Shown: positions 9,623 to 18,138, counted from the stretch's first letter. The stretch is DNA of 64,000 nt from Nitrosarchaeum sp. (GCA_965223865.1 OZ245020.1:256001-320000); one strand, 5' to 3'. The notes: generated by a model from the sequence alone, not told the origin. Numbers and translations: made by a program.

Positions 9623-10626
9623 GGACATCTGCTGTATTATCATCATCATTGTTGATGGTCATTATGCTTATTATGATTACACCGATTATTTCAACAGACA
9701 TTAAAAGCGCTTATGGTAGTATAACGGCTAGTAAAAATTTTTGTGGGCAATTTTCAACCCATCCTGAGTGTACAGGATGGAGAAAGATTCCTGTTATGGA
9801 TAATTTTTGGTTTTGTGAATATATAGATCTGCCATCAGTATGTAAAAATCCACCAAACCCTCAAAAAGAAATATCCCCATTAGAAGCAGACTATTGTTGC
9901 CGAATTTACGAAGATAATGATGAGACATTAAATGACCTATCTTCGCTTTATTATGATCTTGTTTTTGAGGATACAAGCAAAAAAGGAAGAGAGTTACCAG
10001 AAGCATATCCAATTAATGAGTTAGTAGTATGGACTGAAAAGGATCATTACAAGTTTAGAGATAGGGTTAATGTATATGGCAAATTTGATTTTGGAGATCC
10101 TGTTATTCAGAAAGCAAACAGGTCAGTAGATATTTTATTTAATGGAAACAAAGTAGTACCAAACTTAACTGTAGAACCAAATGGATGGTTTTCAGGATAT
10201 TTTTATATATCTGATCCTCGCTTTTATTACACCGGGATAAGTAGAATTGATGTTACATATTTTCATTCACCAACAGTGTATGATCAAGATATACGTGCAG
10301 TAGCTTCATACAAATTTACCACAGGTGGAATTCAGGAACCAAAAGATCCATTCTCAATTAAAATCAGTTTAGATAGTGAATCTGGTTTAAAAAAAAGAAT
10401 ATCCTATGAGATAGATTCTAAAAGTGCATTATCACTGCACCAAAAAACTAACAGTGTAACAAGGTTAATTAATCCTGACGGAATTGTTTTTGCGATGCCT
10501 TATATTTCAATGGATAATTTAGAACACTACATAGATGAAATTTCTAATTTTCAGACTGGAACTTACACTATTACAATGACATTAGGTGACTTTAACATTA
10601 GTAAAAGCTTTGAGAAGAAAAATTAA
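9619..10626 (+). CDS. Secreted hypothetical protein, Cys-rich N-terminus plus Ig-like region
   Basis: Signal peptide; six Cys near the N-terminus; VWTEKDHYKFRDRVNVYG Ig-like start; overlaps the upstream stop by 4 bp. Confidence 0.7.
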   Translation: MRTSAVLSSSLLMVIMLIMITPIISTDIKSAYGSITASKNFCGQFSTHPECTGWRKIPVMDNFWFCEYIDLPSVCKNPPNPQKEISPLEADYCCRIYEDNDETLNDLSSLYYDLVFEDTSKKGRELPEAYPINELVVWTEKDHYKFRDRVNVYGKFDFGDPVIQKANRSVDILFNGNKVVPNLTVEPNGWFSGYFYISDPRFYYTGISRIDVTYFHSPTVYDQDIRAVASYKFTTGGIQEPKDPFSIKISLDSESGLKKRISYEIDSKSALSLHQKTNSVTRLINPDGIVFAMPYISMDNLEHYIDEISNFQTGTYTITMTLGDFNISKSFEKKN

Positions 10627-10707
10627 AAATAGATAAACGATTATCACTTGTAAATATTTTCCAACATTTGTAAAGAACGTTATCATCAAAAAAGCTGAGG
10701 TAGAACA

Positions 10708-10980
10708 CTAGTTTTTTAGCACCTCTACTATTACCTCGTACGTAATTTCATCATCTGTGATGTGATGTTTTGCAATAGAATTTTCCTTAAATTTTTTATT
10801 TGTATGAACAATTCTGTATTTTAAACCGTTTAAAAGAATTGTTTGGTTTTCAAGTTTGTCAGGTAATACGTTATTTGTTTTGTCTTTGATTATTTGTATC
10901 TCATTTAGGGATCTAATCTTTGCCAGAGGTTTTCTTTTTGGGTTTTTGTCCCAAAAATCATAAAATATAATTCTAGACAT
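10708..10980 (-). CDS. Small hypothetical protein (90 aa)
   Basis: ATG-started ORF with plausible composition; no recognised motif. Confidence 0.55.
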   Translation of the reverse strand: MSRIIFYDFWDKNPKRKPLAKIRSLNEIQIIKDKTNNVLPDKLENQTILLNGLKYRIVHTNKKFKENSIAKHHITDDEITYEVIVEVLKN

Positions 10981-11582
10981 GGATTTCTTAATTTATTATT
11001 TGGTTTATATGATTTCAAGTTTATTGTGCTATTTAAATAATCAATTGCTTTTTCATCTGTTTATTTTTTAGTTTTCCTGAGTGTATGTTTCTTCATTTTA
11101 TTTTTGTTAAATCTTAATTGGTTGATCAATTTTTTCTACATGTTATGCTGATGCCGGTCTCTGTTCTCTTCTTTTTCATCAAAATAGTCCATTATCTGCC
11201 ATGATCATAACCTGTACCCTATGCAAAAAGCACTACCACTAGACGTTTGCAGGTTATGGATGATGATTCTTGGCATCATAGAAAGTAATGCTAGCAGGTC
11301 AAGGAAATAAGAATTGACGAAAAAGATTGGAATTAGACTAGACAACCAATTGTTGTTATTTCATGAAATTAGTTTTAATTTACTTGTCTGATTTGATAAT
11401 TATAGTATATAAATGGACTATTTTTTGAAAATAACGGCGATGACTTGTTCATTAAATTCAACTTGGCTTGCTAAGCCATAATTTAAACAGTTTTTTTAAA
11501 ATGATAATTTCCAGTTACAATAAAGATCATTTGAGAGGGCTTCATAAAATATCTTAAATTCTACTGTTTCCAATCAGTTTCT

Positions 11583-12902
11583 GTGAGAAAGGAGATCTTT
11601 TCTGTTTTGGTTATTACGATTTTACTTTCATCTGCAATCACTCCGTTGAATATTTTGCCTGATGCCGAGGCCTTAAAATCTCAGGGCGTGGCAAGTGGCA
11701 ACTATGGTTCAGCCACAAGAGACAAGGTTTGTGGGGATAGATTATGTTCTGAAATTGAGAAGGAAGAAAAAGAATCCAAATCTGAAAAAACATCCAAAGG
11801 AACCAATAAGGATAAAGAAAAGAAAAAGAAAATTCCGCAAGAACCACAACCACAAGTTGGCCAAGTATGCACATTAGAGCACATGCCAGTATGCGGTGTT
11901 GACAACAAGACCTATGGGAATATGTGCATGCTAGAGGTTTCAGGTACAGAACTTGCATATGAGGGAGAATGCAAAAAAACAATTTCTTCTCCAATCTCTG
12001 AAGAAGTTTTACAATATACGAAAGAACCACCAATTATTGACACTCAAAAAGGATATTTTGTTACAGAGATTGCAGATGGTCTTTATTGGTTGATGGATGG
12101 AACCTACCAGACAATGTTTATGACTACGGGACAAGGAGTCATTGCAGTTGATGCCCCACAATCATTAGGTAAAAAATATCTTCAAGCAATTTCAGATGTT
12201 ACTGATGAACCTGTCACCCATGTGATATACAGTCATCCTCACACAGATCATATCGGTGCAGCTGGAATGATATTTCCTGAAGATGCCACAGTAATTGCAC
12301 AAAAACAGGCAGCAGGCCATTTAGTGATGAAAAACGATCCAAATAGACCTGCTCCAACCATATCCTTTGATGAACAGTACACACTGAAAGTTGGAAACCA
12401 GACCCTTGAGCTATACCATATAGGCAACTTTCACTCCAAGGGAGATATCATAATTTATGCACCAGAACAAAAGATTGCAATGATTGTAGACTTTTTCCAT
12501 CCCGAAGCAGCACCATTCAAAAACTTTGGGATAACTCAAGACATGGGAGTACATCTTGCAACACATGATGTTCTGTTAGAGATGTTTGATGATGACGTGT
12601 TGTTTGTTTCAGGGCATGAGTCAATACTTGGAACAAAACAACACATTCAAGAGTACAAGCAGTTTACAAATGACGTTCTAAACAATGCGTATGCGGCATT
12701 TGGCAAGGTCAACTTTGATGAGATTGTAGAGAAATATGGTTCTAACGGAAGCAGTTATGTTGTATTTAATGGGTATATGGATGCACTCTCAAATTCCTGT
12801 GTGAGTGATACGGTTGAGCAGTGGAGCGGAAAGATAGATGGCTTGGAGGTCTTTTTAGAAGACAATTGTATGACCATGGTAATTTATGCAATGGTTGACT
12901 AG
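11583..12902 (+). CDS. Secreted Kazal-domain plus metallo-beta-lactamase-fold hydrolase
   Basis: Signal peptide; Kazal-like CTLEHMPVCGVDNKTYGNMC...YEGEC; MBL HPHTDH, H(SKGD), D and GH metal ligands. Confidence 0.85.
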   Translation: MRKEIFSVLVITILLSSAITPLNILPDAEALKSQGVASGNYGSATRDKVCGDRLCSEIEKEEKESKSEKTSKGTNKDKEKKKKIPQEPQPQVGQVCTLEHMPVCGVDNKTYGNMCMLEVSGTELAYEGECKKTISSPISEEVLQYTKEPPIIDTQKGYFVTEIADGLYWLMDGTYQTMFMTTGQGVIAVDAPQSLGKKYLQAISDVTDEPVTHVIYSHPHTDHIGAAGMIFPEDATVIAQKQAAGHLVMKNDPNRPAPTISFDEQYTLKVGNQTLELYHIGNFHSKGDIIIYAPEQKIAMIVDFFHPEAAPFKNFGITQDMGVHLATHDVLLEMFDDDVLFVSGHESILGTKQHIQEYKQFTNDVLNNAYAAFGKVNFDEIVEKYGSNGSSYVVFNGYMDALSNSCVSDTVEQWSGKIDGLEVFLEDNCMTMVIYAMVD

Positions 12903-12904
12903 AC

Positions 12905-12961
12905 AATAGTTCACATTAGATAGAATAAAATAGTTCACATTAGATAGAATAAAACAGTTCA
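12905..12961 (+). repeat. Intergenic 24-bp tandem repeat (aatagttcacattagatagaataa), about 2.3 copies
   Basis: Exact copies at 12905-12928 and 12929-12952 plus a partial third. Confidence 0.9.
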
Positions 12962-13079
12962 ATTCAGATATTCTTAACAAATACTTGGTAGTGGTCTAAT
13001 TTGTTAGAAACACTAGAAAAGAGATTTACTTTTTTGATCTGGATAAAATCTTTTAAATTGAGAACCATGCCTCTTAGCA

Positions 13080-14411
13080 ATGAATAGAACTCTAAAATAC
13101 TTGGCAATACTGGCTTTAGTACCACTGTTTACTGCAGGTATGACTTCAAACTACTTTACTGAGGCAGATGCTACCACCAAAAGTCAAGGCTCCAATGCGC
13201 CTGGGCGGGTGGGAGCTAATTCATACGGTTCTGCAAATAACGGAATAGTCTGCGGAGATGTTCTGTGTAAAGACTATCCTGGTGGCAGGGCAGGTTGGGA
13301 AGAAGATCAAAAGGCTCAATCTAGTACCGTAACACCACGACCTGTTCCACAAGAACGTGAGGTACCTGTAACACAAGAAACTGAAGAAGAAAAAACAGTT
13401 GCAAGTACAACAACAGTACGAGATACTTCAGAATCTAAGGATATGGGCTCAGTGCTCAAGATGTCAAGAGCAAACATTCCTGCCGAAATTCCTATGCACA
13501 TGGGATACTACAATGGTGGTGAGGTTTACTATATCATCACCGATTCCAGTGATCCAACACACGCAGATCTAATCACTGAAAATCAGGGTTGGAAAGTAGA
13601 GTTAGCTCCCCTGTTAGCAAATGCTCCGGCAGAGGCGCTATCAAAAACATACATGTTTACAAACGGCATTGAAGGCGACGGAGTACATGGATTCCAAGGA
13701 GAGGTGTTTACTAGCACACCTGCACAACCAGAAATCTACAGTGCATTGACTTCTCATGTTCACGTCACATGGAATGAGGGCAAACAACCAAGATTACTTG
13801 ATTCTGAAGAGATGGTAATGGCAGCTGCAGACAATGGCAATGTCACACTTACTGATCTTAAAGTAGTTTTGAACATGCCACAAATTGTTTGGCCAGAAGG
13901 TCAGATGATTGTAAAAGAAGACAAGACATTAACTGACGAAACACCCTATGGAGGAGGACAAGTACTTGATATCAATACGGAAGAAAAGACGGTAACTTTC
14001 ATTGCACATAGAGGCTGGGGTCCAGACGGTAGAACCATCTACTATATCGTAACTGATGCAACACCAAGCGGTCCAGCTGGAATGATGGGAGTAGTGGACG
14101 CGCCAACATCTGCCAGTCTGATTGCAAATTCAGCAGCGGTTGATCTGTTTCAGTTCAAAGATGGCCTTGCAGGCACGGGTCCTTTGGGATTTCAACCAGG
14201 CATTGCAGCTGGAGCACCAGGTGATGAAAACTATAGTCCAATGTGGAGAATCTTCATGATAGGATGGGCTGATCCTGCAAATGCTCAACTGCTTGAAACC
14301 ATAGATGACATCAATGCATACAAAGAAGCTGGTCTAATAGACATAGGTATTGCAAGGCCAATGGATAGCGATCATATCGTAAACTGTCCATTCATCGATC
14401 CGTTCCAATAA
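13080..14411 (+). CDS. Secreted protein with two tandem copies of an uncharacterised domain (DUF7482-like)
   Basis: Signal peptide; duplicated G..G..YYI.TD / F.NG..G.G..GFQ / P....YS motifs; terminal IVNCP. Confidence 0.75.
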   Translation: MNRTLKYLAILALVPLFTAGMTSNYFTEADATTKSQGSNAPGRVGANSYGSANNGIVCGDVLCKDYPGGRAGWEEDQKAQSSTVTPRPVPQEREVPVTQETEEEKTVASTTTVRDTSESKDMGSVLKMSRANIPAEIPMHMGYYNGGEVYYIITDSSDPTHADLITENQGWKVELAPLLANAPAEALSKTYMFTNGIEGDGVHGFQGEVFTSTPAQPEIYSALTSHVHVTWNEGKQPRLLDSEEMVMAAADNGNVTLTDLKVVLNMPQIVWPEGQMIVKEDKTLTDETPYGGGQVLDINTEEKTVTFIAHRGWGPDGRTIYYIVTDATPSGPAGMMGVVDAPTSASLIANSAAVDLFQFKDGLAGTGPLGFQPGIAAGAPGDENYSPMWRIFMIGWADPANAQLLETIDDINAYKEAGLIDIGIARPMDSDHIVNCPFIDPFQ

Positions 14412-14427
14412 GCAGGAACACAAATCA

Positions 14428-14450
14428 TTTTTTTATTTTTTAGGTTTTTT
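14428..14450 (+). terminator. Oligo-T archaeal terminator after 13080..14411
   Basis: T-runs (tttttttattttttaggtttttt) 17 nt after the stop codon. Confidence 0.55.
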
Positions 14451-14653
14451 AAATTAACTACGTGTATGCGTGTTATGACTTCACAACACATACACGAATG
14501 AACAATTGTCTAGACAACATTAGAAGCAATCTAGCAAGATGCATGACAGACTATACAATTTAAGTAAATCTCCAAAATCAATCTCAATAATGTTCAGAAA
14601 GAAATAGAAGAAGAACTAGAAATATTCAACACATGATATTTTCCTAAAACCTG

Positions 14654-15298
14654 TCAATATTCAGTTGAATACATTGACTTGCCTGCACTTGCTGGAACAG
14701 AAGGGAACTTGTCACCTATCTGTGTCTCTGCAACCGCCGCCGCCTCACTTAATATAGCATCAGTCTCCTGTGATGACATTCCAGAATCCCCAAAGGAGTA
14801 ATCATCACCTAGTGTACCAGGCATCATGTCTCCAAGCATGTTTCCCATAGATTCTAGCTCTTGGCTTGCCTGAGGCATTATGCTGTTCATTGCAGGAACG
14901 ACTGCCTTCATCGTGTGTACTGCCGGTTGCATAGACACAATCGCATCTCCTATAGTGCTTACAGTAGATAGTCTTAACTGTGTCCTGTCTACTGCAGTTC
15001 TCATGTTTCCTACCATCTTGTTTGTCTTTCTTATTTGTGCCAGCTCGTTTGCCAGGATTTTGCTGGTACGCATATCCTTGTTTTTTTGAGCTTCTACAAT
15101 TCTATGAAATAATTTGTCATCCTTTTGATTTAACTGACTAGAAGTACTGTCTAATTTTGATATTGGTCTGTTCAGACCTCTTATTGCATGCTCCACACGT
15201 GGTTTGAGTGGTGCCTCTTTTTTGAACATGCCTGAAATCTTATCTCCAAGTCCTTCTGTGGGAGGTCTATTCCATGCTTGTCCAAAATTGGCCATCAT
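14654..15298 (-). CDS. cdvB: ESCRT-III/Snf7 (CdvB-family) paralog A; start likely MMANFGQAW
   Basis: Aligns over its whole length with 62777..63427 (LKPR, LANELAQIRK, QLRLSTV..GDA.V, AVAE.QIGDKFPSVP). Confidence 0.9.
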   Translation of the reverse strand: MMANFGQAWNRPPTEGLGDKISGMFKKEAPLKPRVEHAIRGLNRPISKLDSTSSQLNQKDDKLFHRIVEAQKNKDMRTSKILANELAQIRKTNKMVGNMRTAVDRTQLRLSTVSTIGDAIVSMQPAVHTMKAVVPAMNSIMPQASQELESMGNMLGDMMPGTLGDDYSFGDSGMSSQETDAILSEAAAVAETQIGDKFPSVPASAGKSMYSTEY

Positions 15299-15389
15299 AA
15301 TATGATATGGAAAATTCTGATTTAGCAAACCAAGTTGAATTTAATGGACAAGTTTGATCGTTTTTCTAACTAAATTCTATCTGGTTTGC

Positions 15390-16058
15390 TCAGTCATATA
15401 CTGCCGTAGTTTTGGCATTGTTGTCTGATTCTGTATTTACTTCAGAGGGCACATCTGGAAGTCTCTCTTCTAGGTCTTTTCCTAGCATGGCATTTGCCTC
15501 TTGCAGTATGGAATCCATCTCTACTCCTGACAATGCATTTACATCAAACTGATCTGTGTTGCTTTCACCTAACGTACCAGTCATCATCTCACCTAACATT
15601 TCACTCATTTGATTTAGTTCTCCGTCTGACTCAGGCATAATTCTATCAAGGGATGGTTTTAGTGAACTTACAATGGATGCCGCAGGTTCCATAGCTATCA
15701 TTGCCTCACCAAAGTCTTCCACGGTTGTCAGTCTTAGCTTGATCTTCTCCAGTGCAAGCCTTGCGTTTTCTATCATCTTTTCTTGCTTGCGCATCTCTGC
15801 AAGTTCGGTGGCAAGGATTGATGCCTTTTGCATCTCATTATTTTTTTGTGCATCTATAATCTTCTCAAATACTGACTGGTTTTGCTGTTGCATCTTTTGG
15901 TACATGGAATCTAGTTTGGTCAAAGGTATATTTAGCTGCTTTATTGCCTCTATGATTCTTGGCTTTAGTGGGGCTTCCTTGCGCATCAGATGACGCAGTT
16001 TTTGGCTTGTAGAGTGTGATGAGGAACGTTGCCAGTTCTTTTCAAAAAAATGCCCCAT
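15390..16058 (-). CDS. cdvB: ESCRT-III/Snf7 (CdvB-family) paralog B
   Basis: APLKPRI, LATELAEMRK, ARLALEKIKLRLTTV.DFGEAM and C-terminal LPDVPSE. Confidence 0.9.
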   Translation of the reverse strand: MGHFFEKNWQRSSSHSTSQKLRHLMRKEAPLKPRIIEAIKQLNIPLTKLDSMYQKMQQQNQSVFEKIIDAQKNNEMQKASILATELAEMRKQEKMIENARLALEKIKLRLTTVEDFGEAMIAMEPAASIVSSLKPSLDRIMPESDGELNQMSEMLGEMMTGTLGESNTDQFDVNALSGVEMDSILQEANAMLGKDLEERLPDVPSEVNTESDNNAKTTAVYD

Positions 16059-16366
16059 GTCATGCGTCAGAGATTATCTTTTAAGTCACGCAAGTAAACC
16101 AAATTTGATTTAGTTGATCGTTATGTTGATTTTCAGTATCCAGAAATTTAGTATTCTCGTAATCGTCAATTTTATATCCTCATATGTCCCTCATGGTGTG
16201 AGTTTCAATACATGCATGCAACAAGTACTATCCTACTATCTTCTTAGCCACATTCTATTTTGACCAGGTGTTCTTTTCGATCCTGTTGTCTTTTGTGACT
16301 TTTTCTTATTTAATTGTAGATAATTTTCATTATGTATTGATTTATTCATGGATTCAATTGGGAATC

Positions 16367-16618
16367 ATGGGATTTAGAACCCATAATTCATAGAAAACCA
16401 AAATCTAGAACTACGTCAAAAACAAAAACTGTATCAAAATCAGCTTCGCCTACAAAAAAGTGATTAAAACAAGGAAAAAATCAACTGCTTCAAAAACAAA
16501 AAATCCAGCTGCTACCAGAAAAAAATCAACAACTAGCGACAAAAGACGTGCTACTTCAAAAACAAAACCAAAGACAACAAGCAGAAAAACCAATTCTAAG
16601 AACACAAGACGAAGATAG
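16367..16618 (+). pseudogene. Frameshifted Lys/Arg/Ser/Thr-rich histone-H1-like basic protein (intact 52-aa GTG frame 16460..16618)
   Basis: RKPKSRTTSKTKTVSKSASPTKK continues in another frame at an A-run as VIKTRKKSTASKTKNPAATRKKSTTSDKRRATSKTKPKTTSRKTNSKNTRRR*. Confidence 0.6.
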
Positions 16619-16849
16619 ATTCTGGTTAAATCTATTTTTTCTATATGTGTCTGAAACTCATTCAGATCAATATTACTCAGTTAATACTTGAATAAGATTG
16701 GACAGTGGCATGTCAAAAGCAAACAAATCCACAACGTTAGTTGTCAAAACCACTGCCCTAGGCATCTATTATGTCATTTAAAGATCGATCTGAATTTCAG
16801 GTATAGGTCATGCTTAGATTCATAACATGCTGATTTTGCTTTCTGTCAT

Positions 16850-17068
16850 ATGGTCTGTAAGGGAACCTGCACTAGGTACAAGGCAGAAAAACCTGGCCAA
16901 TTTGGCAGTAGGTATGAACACGGGCAGAAACGATGCTCAATATGCGATGTCTTTGTGAATTGGGATGGAAAAAAGTGCCCATGTTGTGGAATGACCTTGA
17001 GAACAAGACCAAAAGGGACCCAAACAAGGGCATATCTTGCAGAGATAAGAAATGTCAAGAGAATCTAA
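16850..17068 (+). CDS. Small Cys-rich zinc-binding protein (thaumarchaeal family)
   Basis: CKGTC...RY..GQKRCSIC...CPCCG..LRTRP pattern. Confidence 0.8.
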   Translation: MVCKGTCTRYKAEKPGQFGSRYEHGQKRCSICDVFVNWDGKKCPCCGMTLRTRPKGTQTRAYLAEIRNVKRI

Positions 17069-17532
17069 TGTAATGCTTAAATGCAAATTTTGCAAATCAA
17101 ATCACTAAAATGAAGTTTGGTTGTTAACCAGTCGATTGGTCAAGGTGGAATTGACGCCATTGATGTATTTGATCTTTGTATTTACCATGTTCTTTAGTTG
17201 CTCATGTGGAATGCTTGTACCAAAACATCATAGATTCCTAGAACATGTATTACAACTGAAATATACGGTTGCTTTTGAGCTCTTTTATTACACCATTTCT
17301 TTTTGTCTCATTACATGTTAACAAAACAAACAATATGTTATCATTTTTTTGACTTTGATGAGCCTGTACTATGTTTCTAAACAGTTAAGAGATTTTCTAC
17401 ATACTATCATTGGATTACTTATATGCTGTACAACATAAATTGTGATAAAATTACTTTTTGCATTTTTCGTTTGAAATTAATAGATACTTAAAACCTATGA
17501 ATTATTAATTATGGCATAAGACTTGACGATTT

Positions 17533-17720
17533 GTGAATGAATCTATTATCAGAGATTTGGAAGAAAAAGACCTTGAAAATGGCTTTCTTGAATCCTTAAA
17601 ATCATTGACAACGGTCGGAGACATTGACCCTTCTGATGCAATACAGAGATTCAGGGAAATCAGTTCAGACTCAAACTATGTAATCAAAGTAGCCGAAGTT
17701 GACGGAAAAATTGTAGGTGC
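17533..17720 (+). pseudogene. 5' fragment of GNAT acetyltransferase (glucosamine-6-phosphate N-acetyltransferase-like)
   Basis: IIRDLEEKDLENGFLESL...VAEVDGKIVG, after which similarity stops; the rest of the ORF is antisense integrase. Confidence 0.8.
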
Positions 17721-18081
17721 CCTGTCACTGCCAGTCTTTTTTGCATGTGGGATTATCTTGGATATCTTTGACCAGTTTATTCCATCTTCAACGTCATTCA
17801 TCTCAAAAAAGTGCTTTAGTGCAGCTCTTGTCTGCTGTAGGGTAGAACCGCTAACCTTGGACTTGCGCTCCTCAATGTAATCTATAATCATGTGCTGAAC
17901 AGCCTCTTGGGATTCTTTTTTGCCTTTTGAAGTAACTTGTCAGCTGTCATGTCATTGTGAAATTCCAAGAACTGCACAAGCTTTTTACAGTACGACTCTT
18001 TTGTGATTCTGAATGAAATCCCTTTAGGAAGTTCCTGACTGACTTGCTGTTGATGTTTTCTTGGATCTCTTGTGGAATCAT
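17712..18081 (-). pseudogene. Truncated, doubly frameshifted tyrosine integrase (N-terminal part only)
   Basis: Stitched frames give SVRNFLKG..TKESYCKKLVQFLEF..MTADKLL..AVQHMIIDYIEE..ALKHFFEMND...INWSKISK...DRAPT; no catalytic domain; 57 bp downstream of tRNA-Leu. Confidence 0.8.
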
Positions 18082-18138
18082 TTTAGAACAATATTTCTCC
18101 ACATGTCAAAATATTAAGTATTTCCACTCTATATGTAG

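Larger units (their letters stand above)
1..18138. mobile_element. Accessory genomic island downstream of tRNA-Leu(CAG); left end not in window
   Basis: Integrase relic beside the tRNA 3' end, non-core gene content, pseudogenes and compositional patchwork; core genes resume right of the tRNA. Confidence 0.65.

Noticed and set aside
16368-16383. tgggatttagaaccca resembles the tRNA-Leu T-arm (tgggatttgaaccca), a possible att site
   Set aside because: Only 15 matches with an insertion, and it lacks the acceptor-stem 3' end; compatible with chance.
17074-17321. Short CKFC-containing frame and a 66-aa ORF
   Set aside because: Interrupted by early stops with no recognisable family; probably decayed sequence and not supportable as a gene.
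17533-17880. 115-aa ORF as an intact acetyltransferase
   Set aside because: The acetyl-CoA-binding half is missing; the C-terminus is antisense integrase sequence.
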